Source: Savitreella phatthalungensis (lineage: Eukaryota). From it: 64,000 nt of DNA. Location: contig AP039691.1 in assembly GCA_051599415.1 (NCBI GenBank), forward strand, positions 558,001-622,000, in the 5' to 3' direction. The translations under genes and the position numbers were made by a program. The first letter of the stretch is position 1. Each line of letters opens with the position of its first letter. The notes below the pieces were generated by a model. It was given only the letters and a program-made list of their open reading frames with translations, had not been told where the DNA came from and did not search any database. This document shows positions 48,457 through 60,500 of this stretch, piece after piece.

Positions 48457-50271
48457 TTACAAGTGGTCGAGTGCCGATTGGAGATCTTGGGCGAGCGGGT
48501 CGAGACCGTGCTCACCGCGTTTGACTGCGCCTGCGACGAGGCGGTGTGCCAGAGAGACAAATCCGAGGGTCGGTGCGGAGAGGACCCGGTAGCAGATGTT
48601 TCGAAGGGCGACGTGATCGCGCACGAACGCGAAGTAGACGAGATCGATTCCGGGGGTCTGTAGCCATTGCGAGGATGGGTTGATAGACGCTGCTCTGGTC
48701 GTGTTGAGCAGGGTAGGGCTGCCGTTGGCGCGAGGTGGGGTTGTAGTTCCTGTGGCGCCGCCAGAGAGGGCGAGAAGGGCCGGAGAAGGCGTCGCGTTGC
48801 CAGAAGCCATCTGCTGGAGGGCTTCGACCAGGAACGTCTCTAGCTCAGAACGTGCTTGGAAGGCCTGGCGTGAGAAGGCCTTGGCAGCGAGGTAGGTCAC
48901 CCATGGCGTGCGCGGGTTGTTGTCGGCAAGGTATGCGATGACGAGGTGGAGGAGGATGCCCCATCGGAGGAACACTCGAACTTCGTCTTCACCAGGCGAG
49001 AAGATCGTCTCATCTAGTCGCTCGATCGTCTGCCAACCGCCTCTTGCAATGTCGACCCAGCTCTTCAGACCGAGCTCGAGTGTACGTGCCCAGTAGCCCT
49101 CTGATCGGATGTCCCAGGTGCACGGGAGCTCGAGACCCTTGGCGTGGGCTGTGTAGACGACGAGGGCGTCAAAGAGACCACGCCTGCCCGGCGGATCTTC
49201 CGAGATGAGCTGAGGCACGGTGTGCGTCAGGAGATGAGGGGTATCAGATGCGCCGCGTGGCACCATTCCGGTCACCTGGACTCCGTACTCGCGGCAGAAG
49301 TAGTCGTACAAATAGTCGTCGCGTGCGCCTGGGGCAACGTTCGCTAGCCATGCAGCACCTGTGCGGCTGACCGTGGCAGCTGACAAGTCCGGCGACGTTG
49401 CAGACGCGAAGTAGTACTGGGAGTTTGGCGAGTGCTGGGCAGCTTGTGATTGAGGCTGTGGCTGATTCTGCATGTGCTGCGGAGGATGCTGCTGGTGTGA
49501 TGGTAGATGAGGCAGCGATGCGTATGGCTGCTGGTTCATCCGAGGACTCTGCATGGATTCACGGCGGCCGTGTCGCATCGGACCGCCAGACGAAGGTCCG
49601 ACGGATGGCGCGCGAATGTGCGAGGTCGGAGGCATCTCTCTCGGAGCACCTCCGCCTGCGCCACCAACGAGTGATTGGACCGAGATCCTTCTATTGGCAG
49701 CATCTAGGGCTGCAAGTGGGTGGGGTCCAATCGAGTGTCCGCTCGAGGTACTCGAGTTACGAGAATACGGCGGTGGTGGGTGTGAGTGAGGGTATCCATG
49801 CGTCGGTGGAGCAGACGGGTAAGCGAAGCTCGATGCTGTCGAGGTGTCGCGCGAATGAGTGGCGTAGTTGTACTGTGACTCGTTGCGGAAGACTGCCTTT
49901 GTGCTGTAACCTTCGCACTGACGCTTGCTCTTGATGCAGCGTCGGCACGCAGGCTTCTCCTCGTCACATTTGATGCGTCTCTTTCGGCACGTCTTGCAGC
50001 CAGTTTTTGTACGCTTCCGGGTCTCCCGTGAGCGGTCCTCTGGGCTGCCAGCCGAGGCAGCCATGACGGTCATCGGTGCCGTGGCCACACTGATAGGTGG
50101 CAGACTGGTAGTCTGTTGCGCGGCAGAAACGAGGCCCGTCGGAGGAGGCAATAATGGTCGACCATTCATCTGTCCTCCATTTGATTGAATCTGAGCTCCA
50201 GATAGCGGTGGAGGCGGTAATGTCGTCTGAAGTGGCCGCAAGGGTGGATACGGCGTCTCGACCTGCATCAT
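48457..50271 (-). CDS. Zn(II)2Cys6 transcription factor (Moc3/OefC-like)
   Basis: RTKTGCKTCRKRRIKCDEEKPACRRCIKSKRQCEGY binuclear cluster. Confidence 0.92.
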   Translation of the reverse strand: MMQVETPYPPLRPLQTTLPPPPLSGAQIQSNGGQMNGRPLLPPPTGLVSAAQQTTSLPPISVATAPMTVMAASAGSPEDRSRETRKRTKTGCKTCRKRRIKCDEEKPACRRCIKSKRQCEGYSTKAVFRNESQYNYATHSRDTSTASSFAYPSAPPTHGYPHSHPPPPYSRNSSTSSGHSIGPHPLAALDAANRRISVQSLVGGAGGGAPREMPPTSHIRAPSVGPSSGGPMRHGRRESMQSPRMNQQPYASLPHLPSHQQHPPQHMQNQPQPQSQAAQHSPNSQYYFASATSPDLSAATVSRTGAAWLANVAPGARDDYLYDYFCREYGVQVTGMVPRGASDTPHLLTHTVPQLISEDPPGRRGLFDALVVYTAHAKGLELPCTWDIRSEGYWARTLELGLKSWVDIARGGWQTIERLDETIFSPGEDEVRVFLRWGILLHLVIAYLADNNPRTPWVTYLAAKAFSRQAFQARSELETFLVEALQQMASGNATPSPALLALSGGATGTTTPPRANGSPTLLNTTRAASINPSSQWLQTPGIDLVYFAFVRDHVALRNICYRVLSAPTLGFVSLAHRLVAGAVKRGEHGLDPLAQDLQSALDHL

Positions 50272-53200
50272 CCCAGCAGACAGCCGGTGCGCAGGAAGAG
50301 CGGCCGTGACAGTCAGTGTAGAGGCTATGGTGGAAGAGGTGCTGAACTCGTAAGAATGAGTACTCCGTCAGTCAACTGCCAAACAACGTCCTCAAACCGA
50401 ACAAGCGTATGTATCAATTGTCGCGCTGTCTGCTTGCCGTCGTCACTGATGACTGTTCGTCTTCCTCCTCGTTTGTGTCGTTGAACGCCGTGCGTCGTGG
50501 TCGCGCTGTGTCGGTGTCTGTGAAGGATGAAGCTCTCCTTTTTGCGCGACTGTGGGAAAGGTGAGACGAGGTGAGATGAGGAGATGAGAGTCTAGGTCGC
50601 GACAAAGGTGACGAGAGCAGGTGCTAAGCGCGTGCCGACAAGATCGTCAAGTTTGTCTCTTTAGCCGGCGATTTGGGCCCGCTGGTGTTCGTGCGCGATG
50701 GAAAGGAAGGTAAGGAAGCCTGCGTCAGGGCTTCCACGAGAACGGTAGATGTGAGACCTTCACGCTATTCTTCCAAAGATAGACTTGGTTCAAAGAACTT
50801 GTCGACAGTGGATTGGAAGAGGTCCACTTACTTTGCGGTAGACGAACCGTCAAGGTCTTGAGTACCGGAATGCGTTTACCTTGCAGGAACGAAAGCCCGG
50901 CGGAAGTCGTCTAGTGCACGGCACGTTCGAGCTCGCAAGGACTCTCTAGTCGTGAGGTGTGCGGGTAAGACAAGGAGCGGGGCAGAGTGCTCCCGTCACG
51001 TCAAAGCTGCACGCCGTTTGAAGGAAGTGAAAGCTTAAGGGCGGGGCTTGTCCTGCAATGTGCCGTGAACGATGTAGTTGGCAAGTCTCAGCAAAGCTTG
51101 CGAGTGGAGTGCGTGGTCGACAAAGGCAGGGTTGGGTGGGTATGGTATGTCTAGTCGATTGGTCTCTGTTTGTTGCTGAATGCCTGCTTTCCCTTCCTCA
51201 ATGGTTCGATCGAGCGAGTAATGAAGAAAGCTCGATGGGCAGGCAGTGGATTACCCACTCATGCGTGAGGGATTGGTAGACGGTGAATTACCTCAGTCAG
51301 TCAAGTCTTTCGATGGCGTTTCGTCTGTAAAGTCAAGCAAGGTCAAGGTCCAGGACAGAAGAGAGGATTGACAGGCCGGTTGACTTCCAGGTCAACATGA
51401 TGCTTGTTCGAGTTGATAGATCCGCGGCGCGTGCTCACGCGTGGTTTCCATGGCGTAGGGCTAATCAGTCGGTGTTTCGCTTGGGATAATATTTTTCGCC
51501 GCTGGTTCATACACTCATAAGGAAATTTGTAGGGCCGAGGGTGTTTTGGTTGGAGTCGCCTTGCCTTAGCCTGCATATGCGGCGTGAGCGGGGAATGTGA
51601 GCCTATGTCAGTGGCGTCCTGATTGTTTTGTTGGATTGCATGTTTTTCTCGTTTCGACCCAAACTTGACACCGGTTCGAGCTTGTTGACGAAGAGGGGTC
51701 GGAAAGAGGGGTGTTGTCAGGCGGAGGGGATGGGCGGGAGTGGCAGAAGAGGAGAACACGGCATATAGCTTCGACCACGTTCTGACAGAGGAGCGGCATG
51801 ATCGACGTGGCTTGATGAAGCTGTGGAGGTTCGAGTGAGATACAAGGCGAGAATGTCGGAGCCGCCTACCTGATTTAGCTTACGAAGCCATCGCTCGCTT
51901 CTGCCGGCCACTTTTCGCTTGCCCACCCATTTTTTTTAGCATTTCACCAATCCAATGCTAGTGCGATCGTATGTTTTGATGGTCGGTAGACCTTGTGTAT
52001 CCCTTGTCAATTGAACTCGGCTGAACTGGACTTCGTCCCGTGTTATCGTGAATGCCAGAAGCTCAAGATGATGCATACGAACAAAATTCAGTCAATACGC
52101 CAAATAGAGGAGGAAAATGTCAGGGCGACTTGAGAGGCTGTAGCAATGATACTCGGGTGAAGATCCTCAGCTCAGACAGCATTCTTCAACAGAAGATCAG
52201 TATCAAGCAAGCTGGAGAGAGTTGGAAATTTTCCACCACATTCACAAATGGGAAGTCCAATGACAGGTCTGACCAAATGGCCTATGGTCGGTTGAGCCGA
52301 CAACAGTGGACTTTTCGTCAATGACTCGGTGCTGAAGTTTTCCCCAATGTCTCAGCTTGAGAAACATTGTCTAGACAATGTCTGACATGACAGTCGATCA
52401 GCCAATTCGGTCCCAAGTCTGTAGATGGATGTTAGGTTCATTGACCCATATTACTTCAAATGCGCGCCGTACACCCTGTCCGCGGAACTATTTTCCTGGT
52501 CCAGGTCCAGGTCCCGGCAATGGTTCGCACTTGTTCATGTATGCCGAGTCAATGTGGTGCAAATAAGACTGCGCAAACAAGAGCGTCAGGGTTCCGGCTG
52601 AATGCTGGACTAAGTGAAGTTGGTCATGCAGGACGACTACTGTAGATGGGCGTGCATGAGAGAGGCTGACAAGGACCATACTTTCAAGAGGAAGCTGCTA
52701 CCAGTGTGATCTGCATTCATTGCCCCAATGTCAACGGTGTGGCTCGACCCTAGATCTCTGATCTGATCTGGTCAGTTGCTGACCAGTGCTATGACTCTTA
52801 GAGCAGAGCTGAGGTCAGCTCATACCCACAAAATTGGGTCGACAACCTTTTGCATAATGTTGTTGGTTGGCAGATGATGGATCACAACGGAGCTTGAACA
52901 TTTTCTGAGAGCCTGGAGCTTTGGGGATGACCACTCTCTCTACTGGAGATGAAGCTGAACATGATAGATCAAGACCTCGTTCATACCACTGTTGATATGG
53001 TATTGTGAGCTGGAAGAGATCAGATCTTCGTAGGTCGGTGTTATGTGTCAGTATCCCACGTAACTCTCAGCGATCTGCATATTCCTACAAGAGGCTACGA
53101 GGCTACACCGACTCTAGAGGGCGCTAAATCGACCCATCTGAGATTCATCAAAATCATCGCAATTGGAAAAGACTTTGACGCGGATTAGTTGGATATGTTG

Positions 53201-54897
53201 GAAATTCCGATGGAGACAAATCTGACTACCATTAGCTATATGTAGTGATCAAATGCCGTATGTATGGAAGAACAAGCGTGTAGAGAAGAACAAGCGGGAA
53301 CAAGAATTCCATGTATGGCTGAAAGCACGATGAAACAGAAAATTACGTATCCCGTGGTGGGTTGCCTTGCCCTGACATCGAAACGCGTATGGGGGCGACC
53401 ACGCGAGCAAACTTTCTGGCCAAAAGAGGGAAGCAGAAGCACGGTGGAGGAGCACCAAGGTTAGAAGTGTTGGAACGTGACATTAAATGCTTAGCGGAAC
53501 ATGATGATGAAGAAGATGTATAGATCTGGACAGGATGATGGAAGAGAAGCCATGAATCCGCGGAAGAACCTATTTCTTGGCTACATGCCCACGGCTTAAC
53601 TTGCTCGACGTAGCTGCATCCACGATAGTCGGATGTTACGATGGAAGTCCTGTCACTGTTAATTACCTAAATCTGTCATAACATGGCAGCTGACAACGCC
53701 CCTCCGACCGGCTGTCTTTCTGTCGTCACCTCCGCTGTAAATCCTTGCGCGTGATCGAGCTCGTATAGTTGAGGCAAAGATACTCAAGTCCACCTCGAGC
53801 CCTTCAATCGCTTGCTAAACAACGTGAAGACATCTTGCGGAGCATGCTGTTAATCTTCCCCAAACCTGTAGAAAAGAAATTGAATCTCCTTTCGTGCATT
53901 CCATCCTCCACTTCTCTTTGACAGAGAGGTGACTGCAGAGGTTGGTAGGGCTATTTTGGAAATGCCGCAGTAAGGGAGTCTTTGCATGGACGCGTACATG
54001 CCTCTCTGCATGTCAACAGATGGATGGACCAAATTAAGATGCAGACGCGGCAAGCACATGCATGACTCAGGAGAAATCCCTCTGAGATGCTCGCGTCCGT
54101 CAGATGCGGAGTTCATGCATATCATCCCAACGTTTTTTTTTCTCCTTCCAAGATCATGAAACACTGTCTGCTGCTATCTTTGCGCGGAAGTCAGCATTCC
54201 TGAATTAGAGATCGGCCAATATACGTGTTTTTGAAGCGGGGCTTTTGGGGGGCTTCAATTTTGTCCACCCTCAGGTACACTCAATTCCACCTGAATAGCG
54301 GATCTCGTTACGAGCTGCCCCTTGCGGATTTCTCCGCTGACCTAAGAGGCGTTTTTCCTTCCACGGAAGCAAATAATGGGGAGCCGCCTGAGTGGAATCG
54401 ATAGTACCTGCTCATCAGGTTGTTCCCCTTTCCATTCAGACACTCCCATGCTCACAGGTAGGAGAGAATTCATGAATAAATTTCAAGCCTTCAGATGCAC
54501 GATTTGCGAATGGAAGCCTCAGCACGTGCTGGACGCCACACATGTTTGTGATTTTGTGATCTGTGGCAACATGCACGTGCGTCTTGCACAATATTGTGTG
54601 AATGTATGAAGAATGATGTTTGGATGCACTTTGTCGATTGTTATTGTGTTATGTCTGTACGAGGTCATAAGCAAGTCGAGGTTCCATCAATCACACGCTC
54701 AGACGCGCCTGCCTGACCACAACAACTCACCCTCGCACCTGCATAGCACACTCCTCAGCGTACGGCTTCCCAGCACAGCAAGGTACAGTCTCGCTCAAAG
54801 GAATTCCGCCTCCGCTGTGCGGACTACAGGGCCCCCCAAATACATCTCCTCGACCTTCTCGCACCCACACGATGATCACACCCGTTCCGTCGCTTCT

Positions 54898-56274
54898 ATG
54901 ATCGCGCGATCGCTCAGACGCCTGCCGAGCTTGGCCCTGCGCGTGGTCGCCTGGAGCTTCATTGTGGTGAGTGTTCCGCTAGCGTTTGAGGTTGGTGGTG
55001 AGGATGCTGGCCTGGCATACACGGTGAGCGTGGTGCTGTACTACTTGTGCCTGAGCACGCTGAAGCTTGTGGTTCCGCCATTCGTCTACCGATCGCTGAC
55101 GCCGACGCAAGTGGTCGTCCTGCCTGGACTCCTGATCGCCCACCTGCACGCGTACGACCGGCCATCGAGCCCGAGTCCGTCAACCCAGCAACTCGTGACG
55201 ATCTGGAGAGCTGTGCTTGGGCACGCGACACCGTGCTTCACCTTGCTCGAAGGCTTCGCCTCCCTCCTGGCCATCAAGGCTGTCGGTCGTGCTGCTGGGC
55301 GAGTGACAGCGTCGATGGAGAGTGGGACGCTGGCTGTGTTGCTTGCGAGTGGGATTTCGGTGTCAGGTGCGCTTTATTTCCTCGTCCGGATCACCACCTT
55401 CACCACACTCTCGTTCAGGGACGCCGGATTGACTGTGGCGGCTGTGGCGACGGCAGGGGTGGTCTCACTCTCGCGAGCACTTCTCGCAGCACACAGGGAG
55501 CCAGACGTCGCAGGCGTCTCCACTCCAGGAGGTCACAACCTCAGACCGTTCAGGTCGGCGGCAGAGGAAGCCAGGCTCACCCGTGGCGGCACAGACAGAG
55601 GTTCCATCATGGCAGAATCCACAGCCTACTTTGCCTACCTCGTCTACTCGGCCTACATGTCCGTCACCGATTACGGTGGACCGCCACCGACGACGCTGCT
55701 GCCTGTCGATGTCGGTGGTGCTGGTACACGCCAGCTCGATCCGCTGCCACCGTTTGTGATGGACGGGTGGGCGACGCTGCTGCGGTCTGCGGCAGAGGTC
55801 GCCCCGGCATCGCTCAAGGCAGCGCTCGCTTTTGTCAGGGCGGTCCTGAACACCGTCACCGCAAGCGTCCTCACCTCATTCCTCTACAGGATCGGCGTCC
55901 TCTTCATCGCCCTCACACTCATCCAGCGACAAGCGCTCCGCGCGTCCCTCGTCCCGCCCACGCACACGCCGGCCATGTCGCGGAGGCAGGCCGTCTCGCG
56001 GTCTCCGTCGTTCGGCAGGCAGGAGATGGAGGACGCTGCGGTGTCTGGGGGAGAGGACGGGCAGGGAGGGAGAAATCGTCGGTCATGGACGGCAGTCCTT
56101 TTGAGACTCTTCACAGCATACTGGCCATGCACACTCGTCGCAGTCTACACACATCTCCTACTCCTCCACTTCGATAGCCGCAGGCAACATCTCGCACTCT
56201 CCTCCCACCGCGGCGAGGTCTGGCGATGGGTGTGCATTGCTGGGGTTTCTCTCGCGGAGGTGGTCTTGCGTTGA
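54898..56274 (+). CDS. ICE2: ER membrane protein Ice2
   Basis: VPLAFEVGG..AGLAY, TP.FTLLEGFASLL.I, AVYTHLLL, WRW motifs; ATG 54898. Confidence 0.85.
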   Translation: MIARSLRRLPSLALRVVAWSFIVVSVPLAFEVGGEDAGLAYTVSVVLYYLCLSTLKLVVPPFVYRSLTPTQVVVLPGLLIAHLHAYDRPSSPSPSTQQLVTIWRAVLGHATPCFTLLEGFASLLAIKAVGRAAGRVTASMESGTLAVLLASGISVSGALYFLVRITTFTTLSFRDAGLTVAAVATAGVVSLSRALLAAHREPDVAGVSTPGGHNLRPFRSAAEEARLTRGGTDRGSIMAESTAYFAYLVYSAYMSVTDYGGPPPTTLLPVDVGGAGTRQLDPLPPFVMDGWATLLRSAAEVAPASLKAALAFVRAVLNTVTASVLTSFLYRIGVLFIALTLIQRQALRASLVPPTHTPAMSRRQAVSRSPSFGRQEMEDAAVSGGEDGQGGRNRRSWTAVLLRLFTAYWPCTLVAVYTHLLLLHFDSRRQHLALSSHRGEVWRWVCIAGVSLAEVVLR

Positions 56275-56588
56275 GAAGAGGTTGTTTGCGGGAGAGCGAG
56301 AGGGATGACGTGATAGTGCATGGGACATAAAGAGATAAGTCACTACTCGAATAGAATGGAAGAGTTCATTGAGATTGATTGAGATTCTCCAAGAAGGCGG
56401 GTTCTGAGAGTAATAAAAAGAGAGGGCTATCATGTCGGCATTAGGACTTAGGAGTTAGATGTTGGCAAGTGGACGAGCGTGCTTTGCGAGCCAGCTAGCC
56501 AGTCGAGAATGCTATTCGACTGCTGCTGATTAAGGTGCTGCTGCCGCTGCCACCGCCCTTGATGTGACTAGGTCTTTTTTGGTGTTGC

Positions 56589-57599
56589 TTAGCACTGGTT
56601 GAGCTGGATGGCCTCGATGTTGACGGGCGTGCACTGAGCAGCGTTAAGAACGTTGCGGTAGTACAGGTTGTAGAAGTTGCCAGACAGGCACTGGTAGAAC
56701 AGGGTGGATCCACCAAGTGCGAGCGAGCCGTTCTGGACGACCGACCAGCCGGCGGTGTAGATGGCACCGGCCTGCGGCGGGCCATCGAACTGGAACTGCG
56801 AGTTGGACGCAATGTATCCGGTACGACCCTGGTTGTCCTTGAGGATACCGTTCTGCAGGGTGATGGTGAGTGCGCCGCCGGAAGCACAAGCCTGAGCAGC
56901 GTTAGGGATGACGGCGAGCATGCCGGCAGAGCCAGAGGTGGCCGGGCGTACCGAGGTAGCGAGCGTGGTGCGCTGCTGGACCTGGCCATCAGAGATCTGG
57001 CGGACTGGGGTGCCAGTGGCGGCAGCAGGGGCCTGGATCTGGCCGTCACGAATCTGGGAGACTGGGGTGCCAGTGGCGGCGGCAGGAGCCTGAATCTGAC
57101 CGTCACCGATCTGGGAGACAGGGGTGGCACGCATTGGCGCCTGGATCTGACCGTCAGAGATCTGTGTGATGGGCGAGGCCATGCAGTTGTTCTTGGTCAC
57201 GGTGACGGTGACACGCTGTTGTGCTGCACCCGTTGGGGCCTGAATCTGGCCATCGCCAATCTGTGTGACTGGGCGGGCAGTAGGAGCCTGAATCTGACCA
57301 TCACCGATTTGAGTAACTGGACGAGCGGTAGGAGCCTGGATCTGGCCATCACCAATCTGGGTGACTGGGCGAGCGGCGGTCGAGGTACCACGCTGAATCT
57401 GGCCGTCACCAATCTGAGAAACGACCTGACGCTTGGCTTGCTGTGTGCCGATCTGGACGACTTGGATACCGAAGGCACCGTTCTCCGAGGTCACAGCACC
57501 AGAAGGTGTTGAGCCAGGTGCCGAGATGATGGCAGTGACACCCTGTGCGGAGGCAGTGGCCACGTAGGCGAGGATAGCGAGTGCGGTTGCTGTCTGCAT
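56589..57599 (-). CDS. PIR-family cell-wall protein
   Basis: Signal peptide, Kex2 site KR, 8 PIR repeats QI(G/S/R)DGQ(I/V)Q, C-terminal QFQFDGPPQAGAIY..GWS and four-Cys domain ending in C. Confidence 0.95.
   Translation of the reverse strand: MQTATALAILAYVATASAQGVTAIISAPGSTPSGAVTSENGAFGIQVVQIGTQQAKRQVVSQIGDGQIQRGTSTAARPVTQIGDGQIQAPTARPVTQIGDGQIQAPTARPVTQIGDGQIQAPTGAAQQRVTVTVTKNNCMASPITQISDGQIQAPMRATPVSQIGDGQIQAPAAATGTPVSQIRDGQIQAPAAATGTPVRQISDGQVQQRTTLATSVRPATSGSAGMLAVIPNAAQACASGGALTITLQNGILKDNQGRTGYIASNSQFQFDGPPQAGAIYTAGWSVVQNGSLALGGSTLFYQCLSGNFYNLYYRNVLNAAQCTPVNIEAIQLNQC
56975..57425 (-). repeat. Eight internal PIR repeats (coding tandem repeat)
   Basis: SQIGDGQIQ/TQIGDGQIQ units; three near-identical 48-nt copies and two near-identical 57-nt copies; boundaries approximate. 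Confidence 0.85.
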
Positions 57600-60500
57600 A
57601 GCGAGAGAAGAAAAGAAGAGCGAGAGGATAGGGATGGGGATTGAGAGAGAGAAAGGGATGATGGCTGTATATATACTTCTATGGATGGGTGAGAGTGCCG
57701 CGGAAAGGGCTTGGACAGTGATGGCTTAGATGAGGTAGACGGGGAGGATTACTCAACTCGACAGTAACGAGGAACCGAGCCTCCGAGTGTTTGAATCATC
57801 TCGGGGTCGAGTGATGAGATGGTTGCGTACGACGTGCATGGATGAATGCGTGCCCGCGTGCGTACGTGCGTACGTGCGTGCTGTGATACGCCGACCAGCT
57901 GCCACGGATCGACGTGCGTTTTAGCCATGACGGCCATCTAACCAGTTCATTCTACGGCAACTCGGACAATAGAGTAAGGAAACAGATGGCTTACGTGACG
58001 AGAGATCCCCAAGAGCTGAAGAGCAAGGCAATGGAAAAACGAAGGGAGAGAGATATGGTCTGTGTTACGAGGACGGGTAACGGTCAAGACAACAATCAGG
58101 TTGATACTGATATGTTTGTCCAAGAATAGCATCATTGACACTCTCTAGCTTGTCTACCTTTTTCTTTTGGTTCCGATCGGGGAAAAGGAAAGTGTAACGA
58201 GCAAGCCAAGATGTCACGGCTTTAGTTTTACCTGTAGCTGTAGCTCTATCTCTAGCTGTTGTTAGTGTATAGGTGTCGACGGCGTGTCAAGGATCGACCG
58301 CGTACAGGTCGGTTTGGACGTTGGGCTGTAACCGCCACTGGGACCATCCATCTCTCTCTGTCTCTCTTTCTGCCTCCCACACAGACACACCTATCTGACC
58401 GAGTCAAGCTATGTGTTTCTGCAGGCTAAGAGACAGAACTGTGTTTGAGCTTCTTGTAATTCCATCTGACTCGGGTCGTCAACTATTGTTTGTAGGTCAC
58501 AGTAAGTGTTCATGCACGATGATGGAGTTGTAGGTCAAAGTGGCGTCCATTCGGCTTTAGTCACCAATCTTGTACACCTGATCTATATTCAATTTAAACG
58601 ATTTCGACGATTCTAAATTTATGGCAGGTGTGATTCAAGTGACGACGGGTACTATTCATGTCGTCAATCTTGCATGCCTGATTCAGAGAATTGTCAGGAT
58701 CAGCCTTCCAAGGACTGCTGTCATCAGGTCCATGGTCCGAAGACCGGATTGGGTATCTGTAGACTGTAGAATCAGAAGTTTACAATGAGTAGTGCTAGTG
58801 CTAAAGTTAGAGCGAGCGGGGCAACCGCTAAAGGGTGATTGCCTCCCCTCATTCTCCCACCCTCCTCTTCCCCCTTCACCATTGTCCCTGTTCCGTCCAT
58901 TGTAGTAGGATAGAAGTTGGAGTACATGATGCATTGATAGAGACGGATGATGCTTCCGTGACTGATAGATGGTCCAAGAAGAGTCTTAACGAGCGAGTCT
59001 GTGCGTATGAGAATGATACGATTTCGAGATCATCATTGCATCAACATCATCATCATCATTCATCGTTGTCGTGGTCTGCACTCTCTGCTGAACTCAGATG
59101 TCTGGCAATAGTTCTCTGACTGGTTTCCGATCCGTTATTTGAACTCGACTGTCATCAGATTGAAGCATGAGAATTTCTGCCGAGAGAAGCGGGGCAACCA
59201 AATTATGGCAGATCCGTACTCACCCTCCCGCTCAAACTATCCTTTCTTTCTCTCTTGACTGTTTCCAGATTTGATCCGTTTCCTTGGGCTCATATAGATC
59301 TTGGCAAAATCCTGATGCTATTTTTGATTGCCTACTCACAGTTCAATACCCCAGAGGCCCCAAAAGTGACCAAGGAAGACTTGGCTTGCCGGTCAATTTA
59401 CCTGACTGTAATCCACTAGCTCACTCAATTCGATCTACATCCTCTAACTATTATGCTGCTACCTCCAGGACATGTGGAATGCTTGGCTCTTGGCTTACAT
59501 GCGGTGGAAATCAACCCTGATGTGACAGTAGCACTCACTTCCAAACCGGCGCTCGCAGACATCGGTGGAGGGAAATCCTTCGAGCACAAGACCTGGCGAA
59601 CTTTGATTGCATTGATAGACCTGGGGAGATGATGAGATGGTTTGGTTTGCATTCGTTCAAGTTTCATAGAGCGAGCCATACGAATGACGCGAAAATTAGT
59701 AGTGACCGCGTGTTTTCTTCCATGTACGAGTGATCCTGAAGAGGGAATTTGACTAATCACTAGCTGGCATAAGAATTCCAATATAGTAGTATCGTCATCG
59801 TGCAGCGGCCTAGCCGCTGGAAACATTTGAAATGAAAATTCACGCAGCGCCTCCAGTCAAACACCTTTCATCCCGTACTGTCGATCCGAGTGTCTGGAAT
59901 GAGATCGTCAAGCTCTGCTCGGTGTATGGTCAAGTACGCTTTCGTATCCTCACATCAGTGCCCTCATACAGCTCGTCAGCTATTAGATAGATCTTCGGAG
60001 TGTGATAGGCAGCCTCCACGCTTAACACACTTTGCAGACGCATGCTTGCAATGCTGCCGTAACGGTCGACATGCATGGGTAAAAGAGAGAGACGCGAGGC
60101 CGTTGATTGTCTGGGGTTTTAATTGACAGCCGCTGACTCTCTTCTACTGGTCGATGACCACTGTCACATCCATCCACGAGTCTACATCGGAAGGATCTCA
60201 CATCAAGGGTGTCGATGCTTTCGGGGCTCAGCTGGCATTTCCTTCACGCATGCATGCATGCATGCCACCGCTCGGCTATAGACGCCGTCTCTTTCGGTTG
60301 GGCTGCACTCCAGACCGGGAAAAACGAAAACTTTGTCTCGTGATCTAGAAATGCGGCTTCTCGCTTGATGAAACAATCTAACTCGTATGTCTCTTCATGT
60401 GATGGCGTTTCGCAGCGTCACCGGGGTAAAGAGTGGCTACAGCGCCTACTCCCTTAAGGACGGCCGTCATCCACGCCTGTCTCGTCTCGACCTCCGAGAT

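Noticed and set aside
55047..56177. 376-aa same-strand alternative-frame ORF inside ICE2
   Set aside because: GTG start, Arg/Pro/Gly-rich composition typical of an off-frame read of GC-rich CDS
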